The position numbers were made by a program, and so were the translations under genes. A stretch of 64,000 nucleotides of DNA. Origin: an uncultured Candidatus Saccharibacteria bacterium. GTDB taxonomy: Bacteria; Patescibacteriota; JACPGU01. The DNA lies in contig CAYHEQ010000001.1 of NCBI GenBank assembly GCA_964355795.1, positions 9,849-73,848 of the forward strand. The letters are read 5' to 3'. Positions 52,069 through 62,341 of the stretch are shown piece by piece. Numbering within the stretch: the first letter of the stretch is position 1; the number at the start of each line of letters is the position of its first letter. The notes under the pieces were generated by a model. That model saw nothing but the letters and a program-made list of their open reading frames with translations. It was not told the DNA's origin and searched no databases.

Positions 52069-54717
52069 ATGCGCAAAAAGCTCCACCACCTCCTTTCTCG
52101 CCACCACAAAAAACACCGTCGCCACTCTGTCGTCGGCACTCATTACACCTATTCCTCCGACGAAAATTCGGTAACTCAAAAGTTTTTGCAGAAAAAAACT
52201 CGTCTTTGGGGTGGTTTTTTGGGTGACTTGCTTCAAAATGTTAATTGGAAAAAAACTATCATTTATGGTTCTTTTGGCTTTATCCTGCTGGTGGCCACGC
52301 TCTTCCTTTGGTATGGCAAGGATTTGCCCAATCCTTACAGACTGAACGATCGCTCCGTTACTCAATCAACGAAAATCGTGGATAGAAATGGCCAATTGCT
52401 TTATCAAATCCATGGCGAAGAAAATAGGACGCTAGTGAAATTTGAGGATATCCCCAATGCCGTCAAACAAGCCACGGTCGCGCTGGAAGACAAAGATTTT
52501 TACCGCCACTCGGGATTCAATTTCAAAGGCATCGCCCGCGCTTTCCTCTACGACATCTTTCACCGTCAAGTCAAACAGGGAGGCTCCACCATCACCCAAC
52601 AATTCGTGAAAAACGCGGTGCTAACCAACGAAAAAAGCCTTTCGAGAAAAATCAAAGAGTTCATTATGTCTATAGAAATCGAGCAGATTTATTCGAAAAA
52701 CGAGATTCTTTCGATGTATTTGAATGAAATCCCCTACGGTAACAACGCCTACGGCATTCAACAAGCATCAAAAACTTATTTTGACAAAGATACTAAAGAG
52801 TTAAATCTGGCCGAGTCGGCTCTACTCGCCTCTCTGCCCCAAGCGCCGACCTATTACAATCCTTACGGCTCCAACACTGACGCGCTGATGGGCAGGAAAG
52901 ACTTTACTCTCGACCAGATGGCCGAGCTGAAAATGATTAATCGCGAGGAAGCCGAGAAAGCGAAGAAGGAGGTGATCAAATTCGCCGAACAGACTCAGGG
53001 CATTACCGCTCCGCATTTTGTGATGTACGTGAAAGAAAAGCTGGCTGAACAATTCGGCGAAGCGCGACTGGAAAACGAAGGGTTCGTCATCACTACCACG
53101 CTCGATCTCGACAAACAAAAAATAGCCGAGGAAGCGGTGGCCTCCAATGTCGCCGCCATCAAAGCTCGTGGCGCCTCCAATGCTTCACTGGTTTCTCTCG
53201 ATCCCAAAACCGGACAGATTTTGGCGATGGTGGGTTCGGTCGATTATTTCGACAAAGAAAATGACGGTAATGTTAATGTTTCAGTTCGCCTACGCCAGCC
53301 CGGTTCGTCGATTAAGCCCATCATCTACGCCTTGGCTTTCAAAAACGGCTACTCCCCCGCCACCATGCTGATGGATGTGTCTATTGATTTCGGCCAAGGC
53401 TACCGACCGACCAATTATGATAATAGATTTCGCGGACCGGTGACTATCAGGAAAGCGCTCGGCAATTCCCTGAATATCCCGGCGGTAGAAACTTTGGCGC
53501 TGGTGGGAGTGAAAAACGCCACTGATTTCGCGCAAAAAATGGGCGTCAAGTCGCTGACCGATCCCGACCGCTACGGCTTGTCTCTAGTTCTGGGCGGTGG
53601 CGAAGTGAAGCTCTTGGAACTGGCCTCCGGTTACGCAACACTGGCCAATCAAGGCGCGTACAACGAACCGCTGTCTATTTTGAAAATAGAAGACGGTCGG
53701 GGCGATGTCGTTTATGAATACAAATCCGAGGAACACAAAGGCGAGAAAGTGCTGGACGAAAATGTCGCCTATATGACCAGCAATGTCCTCTCCGATGATT
53801 CGGCTCGCGCCGAGATCTTCGGTATGGGCGGGACATTGACTCTGCCCGGCCGACCAGTGGCCGCCAAATCCGGCACCACCAACGAATATCGCGATGCTTG
53901 GACGATGGGCTACACGCCATCGCTAGTGACCGGTGTCTGGGTGGGCAATAATGACAACAAACCGATGGCTGGAGCTTCCGGCTCTATGGCCGCCGCGCCT
54001 ATTTGGAATCAATATATGAGGCGCGCGCTCGCCAATACTCCGGTAGAACAATTCGTCAACCCGGGCGGAGTGGAATCCGCTACCGTGGACGCCCTTACCG
54101 GCCAGTTGCCTTTGACTGATATTCCCGAAGAGCTGAAGGAAAAACTTCCCACTCGCCAAGAAATTTTCTTGAAAGGTCGGGCGCCGACAGAGGTAGATTC
54201 TACACATAAGATCGTAAAGATAATCAAACCGGCGACCCCTGATGAGAAAAATCTAAAACTGGCCGGCGATTCTTGTCCGGCAAGCCTCGTAGAAAACCGC
54301 GTTTTCTTTGATTTCCATTCCATTATGCCCGGCTGGAGTAATTGGGAGGAAGGCGTAGTGGCTTGGGCCAAAGCTTCCGGACACAACAGTATCCCGACCG
54401 AGAAGCAAGATTGTGATCAATTGGTGAAAGAAAATCAGCCGACAGTGACCATTACTTCGCCATCTGACAACTCTATGCTCTCCTCCCTCATCAGCGTCAC
54501 CATTTCTTACAAGGCGCCGAAAGAAATCGGCAAGATTGAGTATTTCTTGGACGAACAAAAAATCGGCGAAAAGATTAATGACGGCAAAACGAATAATTAC
54601 AATCTGGAGAGCGTGAAACTCTCACCGACCACTCTCGGCTACGCCACTATCAAGGTCGTCCTCACCGACAAACTCGGCCTTGTCGCCACTGATTCCGTGC
54701 CGGTGGTGATAAAATAA
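52069..54717 (+). CDS. Penicillin-binding protein 1A (bifunctional glycosyltransferase/transpeptidase)
   Basis: GT51 motifs (EDKDFYRHSGFNFKGIARA, GGSTITQQ), transpeptidase SSIKP (SxxK), SLN, KSGTT. Confidence 0.9.
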   Translation: MRKKLHHLLSRHHKKHRRHSVVGTHYTYSSDENSVTQKFLQKKTRLWGGFLGDLLQNVNWKKTIIYGSFGFILLVATLFLWYGKDLPNPYRLNDRSVTQSTKIVDRNGQLLYQIHGEENRTLVKFEDIPNAVKQATVALEDKDFYRHSGFNFKGIARAFLYDIFHRQVKQGGSTITQQFVKNAVLTNEKSLSRKIKEFIMSIEIEQIYSKNEILSMYLNEIPYGNNAYGIQQASKTYFDKDTKELNLAESALLASLPQAPTYYNPYGSNTDALMGRKDFTLDQMAELKMINREEAEKAKKEVIKFAEQTQGITAPHFVMYVKEKLAEQFGEARLENEGFVITTTLDLDKQKIAEEAVASNVAAIKARGASNASLVSLDPKTGQILAMVGSVDYFDKENDGNVNVSVRLRQPGSSIKPIIYALAFKNGYSPATMLMDVSIDFGQGYRPTNYDNRFRGPVTIRKALGNSLNIPAVETLALVGVKNATDFAQKMGVKSLTDPDRYGLSLVLGGGEVKLLELASGYATLANQGAYNEPLSILKIEDGRGDVVYEYKSEEHKGEKVLDENVAYMTSNVLSDDSARAEIFGMGGTLTLPGRPVAAKSGTTNEYRDAWTMGYTPSLVTGVWVGNNDNKPMAGASGSMAAAPIWNQYMRRALANTPVEQFVNPGGVESATVDALTGQLPLTDIPEELKEKLPTRQEIFLKGRAPTEVDSTHKIVKIIKPATPDEKNLKLAGDSCPASLVENRVFFDFHSIMPGWSNWEEGVVAWAKASGHNSIPTEKQDCDQLVKENQPTVTITSPSDNSMLSSLISVTISYKAPKEIGKIEYFLDEQKIGEKINDGKTNNYNLESVKLSPTTLGYATIKVVLTDKLGLVATDSVPVVIK

Positions 54718-54755
54718 GAATCGGGATTTTTGACAGCTTTCTTTGGTTTGGTATA

Positions 54756-55064
54756 ATGATGATAACAAAATTAATTCGCCTAATTATGAAATTATTTATC
54801 AATTCTTATATTGAAGAGGTCTTGAAAAAAGCAAAGTATGAATATGGGAAAACGACAGACAGCTGGTGCGCTAGTATCGATATTTTACCTGGTGCTTACG
54901 CGCAAGCAGACACGTTGGAAGAAGCAAGAAGTCAATTAGCCGAAGTTATTGAAGAATATGTTTTGGTGAGCTTGGTTAGCGGTGATAAATTACCGGCAAT
55001 AAACGATCTTGATTTTTCTTTTATATCAAAAAAACAAAAGGTAAAAACTTTGCAAAATGTCTAA
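54756..55064 (+). CDS. hicB: HicB-family antitoxin (second pair)
   Basis: WCASIDILPGAYAQADTLEEARSQLAEVIEEYV. Overlaps the downstream hicA-like gene by 8 bp. Confidence 0.6.
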   Translation: MMITKLIRLIMKLFINSYIEEVLKKAKYEYGKTTDSWCASIDILPGAYAQADTLEEARSQLAEVIEEYVLVSLVSGDKLPAINDLDFSFISKKQKVKTLQNV

Positions 55065-55275
55065 GATAAAGCCTCTTGCGAGAAAGGTTTTAATAAGAAA
55101 ATTAGCTAAGCTAGGATTTTCTGGACCCTATGTGGCATCAAGACATCAATTTATGATAAGCAACAGCAAAAAGATATTTGTTCCCAACCCTCACAAAAAA
55201 GATATTGATATTCCCATTCTAATGGCGATAATCAAACAAATCGGGATCGATAAAGACGCGTTTGTTGATTTGTAA
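55057..55275 (+). CDS. hicA: HicA-family toxin (second pair)
   Basis: ARKVLIRKLAKLGFSGPYVASRHQFM ... VPNPHKKDIDIPILMAIIKQIGI. Confidence 0.65.
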   Translation: MSKIKPLARKVLIRKLAKLGFSGPYVASRHQFMISNSKKIFVPNPHKKDIDIPILMAIIKQIGIDKDAFVDL

Positions 55276-55307
55276 AAACGACTCTTTGATATATTACTCT
55301 TTAATCA

Positions 55308-56051
55308 ATGACCAACAAAAAAACAAAAAAAAATCGTTTCTCTTTCCGCGGAAGTCAGCGCGCATTTCCTGTCTGCGTTCGTCCGCGTTCCTGTCCGCGT
55401 TCATCCGCATCTTCCCAGCGAGGCGTGGCTCTCATCATCACCATTTTTCTTTCCAGCATTATGCTGACTTCGGTGGGTGTTTTCGCCAAAGAAATGGCCG
55501 AAGAAGCTCGCAATTCCGCTCGGCTGGACAATTCTCTCATCGCCTACTACGCCGCCGAAGCGGGAATCGAAGACGCCCTGCTCGCTTGGCGGTACAATAA
55601 GGACGCGGAGATCTCTAGTGATAACGACAAGAATCCCTCTGTTGATGTGACAGAAAAATTAAATGTTACCCCTCGCTGTGTCAGTCTAGAGACCGACGCC
55701 TTCACAGACCCCACCGTCTGCTCCAGCCTGACCTCCAATTATACGAATTTCAACAATCGGTATTACGCTCTAAAAATGTGGTACAAGACCAATGAAATAA
55801 AAAATTACAAGCTGAACCGTGACGATGTGCTGGAGATAGAAGTGCCTAATTTGACGGGGAATGTGGATTTGAGTTGGGCGATACCAAAGGAGATAAAAGC
55901 ACAACTGCTCCTAAACAATAGTGGCTTCAGTATGGAAATCACCGCTTATGACGAGAACGGTAACATAATACCCAAAGAAGAGGGGGGGAAATTTTTACTG
56001 ATACTCAAAAAATGTCTGTGCCGATTTCAAATCCCATTGGTAATAAAATAA
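55308..56051 (+). CDS. PilX-like minor pilin / pilus-associated protein, probably truncated or phase-variable at a G7 tract
   Basis: QRGVALIITIFLSSIMLTSVGVFA resembles the PilX N-terminal domain. The true start is probably internal (GTG at VALIIT). The ORF ends 66 bp after a G7 run, and a second frame continues downstream. Confidence 0.4.
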   Translation: MTNKKTKKNRFSFRGSQRAFPVCVRPRSCPRSSASSQRGVALIITIFLSSIMLTSVGVFAKEMAEEARNSARLDNSLIAYYAAEAGIEDALLAWRYNKDAEISSDNDKNPSVDVTEKLNVTPRCVSLETDAFTDPTVCSSLTSNYTNFNNRYYALKMWYKTNEIKNYKLNRDDVLEIEVPNLTGNVDLSWAIPKEIKAQLLLNNSGFSMEITAYDENGNIIPKEEGGKFLLILKKCLCRFQIPLVIK

Positions 56052-56326
56052 AAATTATTCGTATCAAGCCTTGGTACACAAAAGTAGTGACTGATGGAAC
56101 GCAACCCAGAACTGAAGGCGCACCGATAGCCGGGGTCACCCCCTCTGTTCTCCTCAACGCTTCCTCTGGCTCTGACCTCATGACCACACCCATCACCCAC
56201 ATTGAATCCATCGGCTATTACGGCGGAGTAGCGCGCAAGATTTCCGTTGACCTCGACCGCGCCACCGGCAAAATCATCGGGATGCTGGATTATGCTATCT
56301 ATTCGGAATCAACATTAGTAAAGTAG
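56012..56326 (+). CDS. Possible C-terminal continuation of the PilX-like gene in the +2 frame
   Basis: This frame is open from 55964, upstream of the G7 tract. Adding one G at 55982..55988 would fuse it to the 55308 ORF. Confidence 0.3.
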   Translation: MSVPISNPIGNKIKIIRIKPWYTKVVTDGTQPRTEGAPIAGVTPSVLLNASSGSDLMTTPITHIESIGYYGGVARKISVDLDRATGKIIGMLDYAIYSESTLVK

Positions 56327-56402
56327 CTCGTCATTCGTTTCTTTGTCATTCCCAGCTTGACTGGAAATCCATTACAGCAAGAATAAATGTGGTAACACAA
56401 AG

Positions 56403-56436
56403 AAAAATCCCAGCGTACTGTATACTGGGATTTTAC
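56403..56436. terminator. Bidirectional terminator hairpin between the PilX-like region and rsgA
   Basis: aaaaatcccagcgtactgtatactgggatttt is a 9-bp stem flanked by A-runs and T-runs. Confidence 0.55.
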
Positions 56437-56468
56437 AATTTGTCGAAAATTAATCCGTGACAATAGAC

Positions 56469-57512
56469 CTACAGCTCCTCTAGTATTTTGATGTAGCTAC
56501 CATATCTTTCTTTAGATATGGCGCCATTATCAACAGCATTTCTTACGGCGCATGAAGGTTCAAAAAGATGCATACATCCATAATACTTACACTTACCCAA
56601 ATAGGGAGCAAACTCATCAAAGTAGTATTGAAGGCTCTTCTTATCGATTCCCCAGGCCTTTAATGAACGTATCCCAGGAGTATCTATAATATAAGAACCC
56701 TTTCCCCACTTATAAACCTTTGTGAAGGTAGTCGTGTGTGTCCCCTTTTTTGACTTTTGGCTCACGCCACCAACCTTTAGATTTAGCCCCGGAGCAATCT
56801 TGTTAATCAAAGAAGACTTACCGACACCACTGTGCCCTACAAAAACAACCATCTTGCCTGCAATACGACTCTTTAGGCCATCTATGCCAATGTCCTTGAT
56901 GGCAGAAGTCTCTATGATGTCAATGCCCAAAGAAGCATATTTAGCGATGACCGCCCTTTCCGCGTCACCCTCCAGCTCACACTTGTTCACGCAAACCAAT
57001 GGGTCTATGCCGGAGTTTTGCGCAATCACCAACCAACGATCAATGAATTTCGGATGCAAAGGTGGTTCTTTTGCTGACACAACGACGACCATGAGATCAA
57101 CGTTGGCGGCTATAATATGGCGATGTGCCTCTGCTGCCTTAGTGTGCCTCCTGGTCTCGTCCCTCCTCATACGCACCAAAACATTACTCCTAACCACCAC
57201 ACCCTTTATAGACAACCAGTTGTCGTTATCGTCCATAATAACATGGTCACCAACAACCATGTCCTTGTTGGCCTTGGAGGAATAACGGGGCCGACCCAGA
57301 TGAACTAGCTCATCGCCGACATAAATGTCCAGGGATTCTCCGCGAACATCCGCCACTAAGCCAACAACCGAACTCTTCTGTGGCTCCTTCAAAAAGAAAG
57401 TGCCATCGTCAATGCCAGAAAAAGAGCTCAAAGACTTTTTCTTTGCGCGCTCTTTTTTTGCAATCGCTTTTTTGCTTTCTCTCCACTGATATCCACGAAG
57501 ATGCTTGCTCAT
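56469..57512 (-). CDS. rsgA: Ribosome small-subunit-dependent GTPase A
   Basis: OB-fold N-domain, circularly permuted GTPase (NKCEL ... GHSGVGKSSLIN ... DTPG), C-terminal zinc finger CKYYGCMHLFEPSC. Confidence 0.85.
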   Translation of the reverse strand: MSKHLRGYQWRESKKAIAKKERAKKKSLSSFSGIDDGTFFLKEPQKSSVVGLVADVRGESLDIYVGDELVHLGRPRYSSKANKDMVVGDHVIMDDNDNWLSIKGVVVRSNVLVRMRRDETRRHTKAAEAHRHIIAANVDLMVVVVSAKEPPLHPKFIDRWLVIAQNSGIDPLVCVNKCELEGDAERAVIAKYASLGIDIIETSAIKDIGIDGLKSRIAGKMVVFVGHSGVGKSSLINKIAPGLNLKVGGVSQKSKKGTHTTTFTKVYKWGKGSYIIDTPGIRSLKAWGIDKKSLQYYFDEFAPYLGKCKYYGCMHLFEPSCAVRNAVDNGAISKERYGSYIKILEEL

Positions 57513-57839
57513 TTTATCCCTCCTTTCTTTTCTTATTTTGGATGTAAACGTGCTTTCCTCCTAGCAAAATAAGCCTTAGCCTTTTTGCATAATATTCCAG
57601 CGTCACATTTGATAGTCTTACTGTGTTCCCGTGAAAGTTAGTTATTAACCCTGGGTGCTTTGCAACTTTAGTGGTCATAAAAGTAAAATACTAAAACTTT
57701 TAAGAACTGTAAGACAATGACACATACAATGGAATATCAGTCAAGCAACAAGTTTTTTCCATCTGCAGTCAAGCTAGAACGATCTGCGCGAAAAAACACC
57801 TACGGCTAGCCTCTTGCATGCGACGAAACCGGACTAGCC

Positions 57840-58778
57840 CTAAAGCCCAGAGATTAGGCTTCTGGCATACCCAGATGCAAGTTTATTGAATTCCGATATC
57901 TTATTTATTAAAAATCTTTGTCTCTTGGGATCAGAAATAATACATTCTTTTTTGAGTAGCAACTGCGTCGCATGGATCAGCTCCATCATGGTAGCCAGTC
58001 TGCCCGTGGGGTATCCTTTTGTAAACCAATGTTTCTGACTCATCTGTTTCTCGTGAAGACGGTAATGAACGAGTATTTCTTTCAAGAAAAATATATCGAA
58101 TCTATTCGCAATCTTTATCCACATATTGAGATCAAAGGAATTGTAGCAAAGTTCATCGATGAACATTCCAACCTTGTCAAAAACAGATCTACGAAAGACT
58201 ACGGTTGGCGCTATGGTCACACAGCACCCATTCTGGATTATATACATAAGATAGTCACCGCCCCTTATCAACCCTTTGCGCAGATATAAATCTGACCATA
58301 TTGAGATATAATTTAGCTGAGAGTCTACCTTATTCGCCTGCGCATAGCTCATCATGGCACTCGGATTTGCCTCTAGCGCAGTCACCGATTTACTCAAAAA
58401 TCCAGTCAGCATGACATCATCGTCATGAAAAATAGAGAGATATTTCGTATCGCATATCTCAACTGCCCTGTTCCACCCACCGATTATTCCTGTGTCTTCA
58501 TCAAACTTAATATATTCGACCTGCCCACCACCAATTTCTTCTACAACCGTCTGCGCTACTATATCCGGAGCATTGTCTATAACTACAATTCTCTTGTTTT
58601 GAAAATCTTGACCCAAAACGCTCTGTAGGGCCTGCTTCAAATAATCAGGTCTGTTCCTGGTCGGGATAACAACTGTTATTATGGGGTTGTTTTTATTCAT
58701 GAGACAATAAAGGCAATAGATACTTATCGATATAGCTTTTGGCAGAATACTCCTCTGTCCACTGCACACTAAGCTCAT
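57840..58778 (-). CDS. Family 2 glycosyltransferase
   Basis: ITVVIPTRNRPDYLKQALQSVLGQ, DNAPD, HDDDV (DxD). Confidence 0.8.
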   Translation of the reverse strand: MSLVCSGQRSILPKAISISIYCLYCLMNKNNPIITVVIPTRNRPDYLKQALQSVLGQDFQNKRIVVIDNAPDIVAQTVVEEIGGGQVEYIKFDEDTGIIGGWNRAVEICDTKYLSIFHDDDVMLTGFLSKSVTALEANPSAMMSYAQANKVDSQLNYISIWSDLYLRKGLIRGGDYLMYIIQNGCCVTIAPTVVFRRSVFDKVGMFIDELCYNSFDLNMWIKIANRFDIFFLKEILVHYRLHEKQMSQKHWFTKGYPTGRLATMMELIHATQLLLKKECIISDPKRQRFLINKISEFNKLASGYARSLISGL

Positions 58779-59937
58779 TTAGTTTAGTTTTGTTTTTTGT
58801 GCTGTCTGTTGCTTTTCCCAATTCAGTAATCGCCCTGATGATATCTGAGCTCCTGTTCGAGCGCATGATTGCTCCAAAAAGCCTCCCCTCTTTCACCCAT
58901 TTAGCCATACTCGTACCTTTATGAACCAAGACTGGGACACCCATCATCCCACACTCTACCGCGATACCAGACAAGCGAATACTATAGTGCCTTGGGTGGT
59001 GCAATAATATGGCCAAACTGCATTTGTACAACTGATGGTGGTATTCATCTGTGTCAAGATGCCCCCATATTATTTCGATTGACCCGTCTTGTCCCATATC
59101 CTTCAGTAATTCTCCTATTTCAAAAGTTTCTTTCTTAGCAAAACCGCGTGGGTTTTGAACATTGACGATGAAATGGTAACGCTTCGCGTTATTGTATTTT
59201 TTTGTTATTATTTTTACCAAACGTAGAAAATCCAATAGGCCCTTCTCTTTCCTGCCATCTCCGAAGAAACCTATATTGGTAGCGAACAAGTTCTTTTTTT
59301 TATTTGAAAACGGCGTGTGTGCGCTAAATGGTACGGGAAACATTTTTGGTCTATGCCCAGTAATCTTAGCTATTTTTGTTGCCAAGAGAGCTACGGGCGT
59401 AACCACTATGCTAATTTTTTTCTGATTAATGCCACGCATAGCCTTTTGATATCTATTTTCCAGCTTTCCATTAATACTGGCATCAGAGATCATGCATGCG
59501 TCTGGCAAAGGCGGGTAATACTGGTGGAGTTGCAACACGAATTTTGGTATTTTGCTTTTTTTCGATATCTTCTTGACCGCTCTTATCTCTCGTAGATGGG
59601 CGGTAGTAAATACGATCGCATCATGCTCGGATAAATCAAATGTTGTAATTATTTTTCTTATATCATCCATGGCAATATCGGTTTTCCCTCGCTCAAAACA
59701 GGACATTCGATAAAGAGGCTTAATATAAGGAAAATATTCTAATATTTTTTCGTCTGCAGAATAATTACAGACGAAACCCACCTGTAGGTTTGTTTGTCTT
59801 TCGACACAGTATGCCACCAAAGACTTTGTTGTTTCGAAGAAATGCCCCGACATTATTTTCAAATTTGGCTCGACAAAAATAATTTTCATAATTGCTCTCC
59901 ATTTTTCAGAATGAGTTCTTTTACCTCGTCTGCGCAT
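58693..59937 (-). CDS. Putative glycosyltransferase (GT-B-like)
   Basis: C-terminal GMMGVPVLVHKG...KWVKEG resembles a GT1/GT4 nucleotide-binding region. Low certainty. Confidence 0.4.
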   Translation of the reverse strand: MRRRGKRTHSEKWRAIMKIIFVEPNLKIMSGHFFETTKSLVAYCVERQTNLQVGFVCNYSADEKILEYFPYIKPLYRMSCFERGKTDIAMDDIRKIITTFDLSEHDAIVFTTAHLREIRAVKKISKKSKIPKFVLQLHQYYPPLPDACMISDASINGKLENRYQKAMRGINQKKISIVVTPVALLATKIAKITGHRPKMFPVPFSAHTPFSNKKKNLFATNIGFFGDGRKEKGLLDFLRLVKIITKKYNNAKRYHFIVNVQNPRGFAKKETFEIGELLKDMGQDGSIEIIWGHLDTDEYHHQLYKCSLAILLHHPRHYSIRLSGIAVECGMMGVPVLVHKGTSMAKWVKEGRLFGAIMRSNRSSDIIRAITELGKATDSTKNKTKLNELSVQWTEEYSAKSYIDKYLLPLLSHE

Positions 59938-60704
59938 AACAATGCTGTCTTTTTGACGTTGTCATTGGCACTACCACTATATGCGAGCGCTAATAAATTC
60001 GCGTAAGCATGGTGGATGGGAGAATTTATGTTTACAAAATCTCCACTATCCCTTATTCGACTATTGTGATACTTACGATTACGATATTCGAATATATCTT
60101 CCAAGTTAAGGTTGACATGCTCTTTATCTCTTATTAGCTCCTCTATATCTTCAAAAAAGCCTTCTCCACACAAAGCCATCCCAGACCATATTGCTCCCCG
60201 TTTTATATCTGTCGTCGGATGTTTTGCCACCCTAATGACTGTGTCTAAACCTTGCGTTTCTATCACCCCGCCATTATGCATTTCGGAGATCTGCGATATC
60301 ATTTTCCCAACCAATATATCTCCTTCGACATTAATGTCAGACAGTCCGATGAACGGGTTACCAACATAATAAACGTCCCCCAACACCAGCAACGGGGTTT
60401 TGCCATCGGATAAGACTTTTCCGACACAAGCCAGAGAGTCTAGCAGTGATAACTCTCGAGAGGGCACAATCTGTATCTTTGATTTTTTTTCGCCTCCGAG
60501 ATGGTCAATCAACACGTCAATCCATTCGATATACTCCAACTGGACACAGATGATGATCTGACAAAAATTACTTTTAAATATTTGCCGCAAAGTTCTTAAT
60601 AACAAAATTTCTTCATGCACAGGAAGAAGAAATTTTGGGATTGCCGTACCGACCTCCTTCATTCTAGAGCCAACACCACCCGCCAATATTATTACTGAGA
60701 TCAT
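59886..60704 (-). CDS. Sugar-phosphate nucleotidyltransferase (NTP_transferase family)
   Basis: IILAGGVGSRM N-terminal signature of the nucleotidyltransferase family. Confidence 0.7.
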   Translation of the reverse strand: MISVIILAGGVGSRMKEVGTAIPKFLLPVHEEILLLRTLRQIFKSNFCQIIICVQLEYIEWIDVLIDHLGGEKKSKIQIVPSRELSLLDSLACVGKVLSDGKTPLLVLGDVYYVGNPFIGLSDINVEGDILVGKMISQISEMHNGGVIETQGLDTVIRVAKHPTTDIKRGAIWSGMALCGEGFFEDIEELIRDKEHVNLNLEDIFEYRNRKYHNSRIRDSGDFVNINSPIHHAYANLLALAYSGSANDNVKKTALLCADEVKELILKNGEQL

Positions 60705-62341
60705 AGGGGTTGTTCAGCTAGCAATTCTTGATAAAACCCCTCCTCTATTGGCAAATTTGCCATTTCTTTAATTTTGTTTTTGGTAATCATATACGCTTTA
60801 TCAATGTTTATCTTTTTCAGGAAGTCAATGTCATGCGATACCACTAGTATGGCCCCCTCAAACTGTTTTAATGTTTCGGCGATTATATCTACAGTTTCTA
60901 CATCTAGATTATTTGTTGGCTCGTCAAGTACCAGCAAGCTTACTGGGGACGCGCTCACTATTGCAAAGGCCAATCGAGCAGTTTCTCCTCCGCTAAGGCT
61001 CTTTGCTAGTTTGTCTACCTCGTGTTGTTTTTTGAATAGCAAATTACCCAAAATAGTTCTCGCCTCCTGCAAGCTTATTCTTGGATTTGCCAGGAAGATA
61101 TTGTCAATCAAAGATTTCTTTCGATCTATTTGGTCATATCTTTGACTGACATACATACTGGGAAGGTTTGGTGCCCTTTTCACTTCCTGTCCTCTTAGCT
61201 CTATGTCAGAAGCAGGACTCCCAAGCAACATCTTTATGAAAGATGTTTTGCCACTTCCGTTTTTGCCCGACAAGACTATTCTCTCTCCATATCCAACCGA
61301 AAAATTGATGTCCCCTATCAGCTCCCTCCCCCCGACAATCAATGAACAGTCTTTTATCCCCAATAGCATTTTGCCTTTAAACCCTTCGGTTTCAGATATA
61401 TCTAGTTTGGCCATTTTATTTTTGACTTTTCTGTTAATCACAGTTCTCTCTCTAGCTTCATTTATGTTGCTTTTGATTTTCTCGCTTTTTTTGCCGGCAC
61501 TCGCTGTAGCCCTGTTTTTAAAATATCCTCTTTCCATCGCCGACATGCTTCTGTCTCCGGCCATTCTCTTGCCCGTACCTACTGAGCGACTTGCCCTCTT
61601 CTGTTCTCTGACAAGCGTCTCTTTCGCCCGCGTAATTTCTTTCTCCGCGTCCATCAGTCTTCGCTGTCTAGCTTCATCATCTTGTTCCTTTATCTGTGTG
61701 ACTTTCTGATAATTCCCACCATACTTTTTTAACTTTTGCTCAGATAGTTCCCACACTTCTTTAGCAACTTGATCCACAAAATAAGTGTCATGGGAAACTA
61801 TCACCACCCCTCCTGCAAATTTTTCTATGAATTTACGGAGCACCTCCTTGGATGAAATGTCTAGATGATTCGTGGGCTCATCAAGAAGCAGTATCTTTGG
61901 CTCTTTGAAGGTGGCGATAGCCAGTTTCAGCCTCATATACTCACCACCGCTCAGTTGTTTTAGTTTCATAGATACATCTGGCAATTCTTGGCCAAACATT
62001 TTTTCATAATAGATTTGTATGCGCCACCATTCTTCGTTAGCTACGTTCATATAGTCCATGAGTGTTTGGTCTCCCCTATCATCTATGCCCTCATCTAGCT
62101 GATCTACATAAGACGTAGTGCTTAGGTCTATACTCCCAGATGTCGGCCGTATTGCTCCGGCTAGTACTTTCAGGAGGGTTGATTTGCCCACCCCGTTCCT
62201 GCCCATCAGCGCTATTCTGTCCCCTTTATTAACAGCCAAATCAACATTGTCAAACAATGTCTCTCCTGTTGGCAAAGTGAAACTCAAATGTCTCGCGACT
62301 AATGCGGACTTTTCATTCATATCTGGCATCTTTTCTTTCAT
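60701..62341 (-). CDS. ABC-F family ATPase (two ABC domains with charged linker)
   Basis: Two sets of Walker A (GRNGVGKST / GKNGSGKTS), ABC signature (LSGGEYMRL / LSGGETARL) and Walker B (LLLDEPTNHLD / LVLDEPTNNLD). The linker is Arg/Lys-rich. Confidence 0.85.
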   Translation of the reverse strand: MKEKMPDMNEKSALVARHLSFTLPTGETLFDNVDLAVNKGDRIALMGRNGVGKSTLLKVLAGAIRPTSGSIDLSTTSYVDQLDEGIDDRGDQTLMDYMNVANEEWWRIQIYYEKMFGQELPDVSMKLKQLSGGEYMRLKLAIATFKEPKILLLDEPTNHLDISSKEVLRKFIEKFAGGVVIVSHDTYFVDQVAKEVWELSEQKLKKYGGNYQKVTQIKEQDDEARQRRLMDAEKEITRAKETLVREQKRASRSVGTGKRMAGDRSMSAMERGYFKNRATASAGKKSEKIKSNINEARERTVINRKVKNKMAKLDISETEGFKGKMLLGIKDCSLIVGGRELIGDINFSVGYGERIVLSGKNGSGKTSFIKMLLGSPASDIELRGQEVKRAPNLPSMYVSQRYDQIDRKKSLIDNIFLANPRISLQEARTILGNLLFKKQHEVDKLAKSLSGGETARLAFAIVSASPVSLLVLDEPTNNLDVETVDIIAETLKQFEGAILVVSHDIDFLKKINIDKAYMITKNKIKEMANLPIEEGFYQELLAEQPL

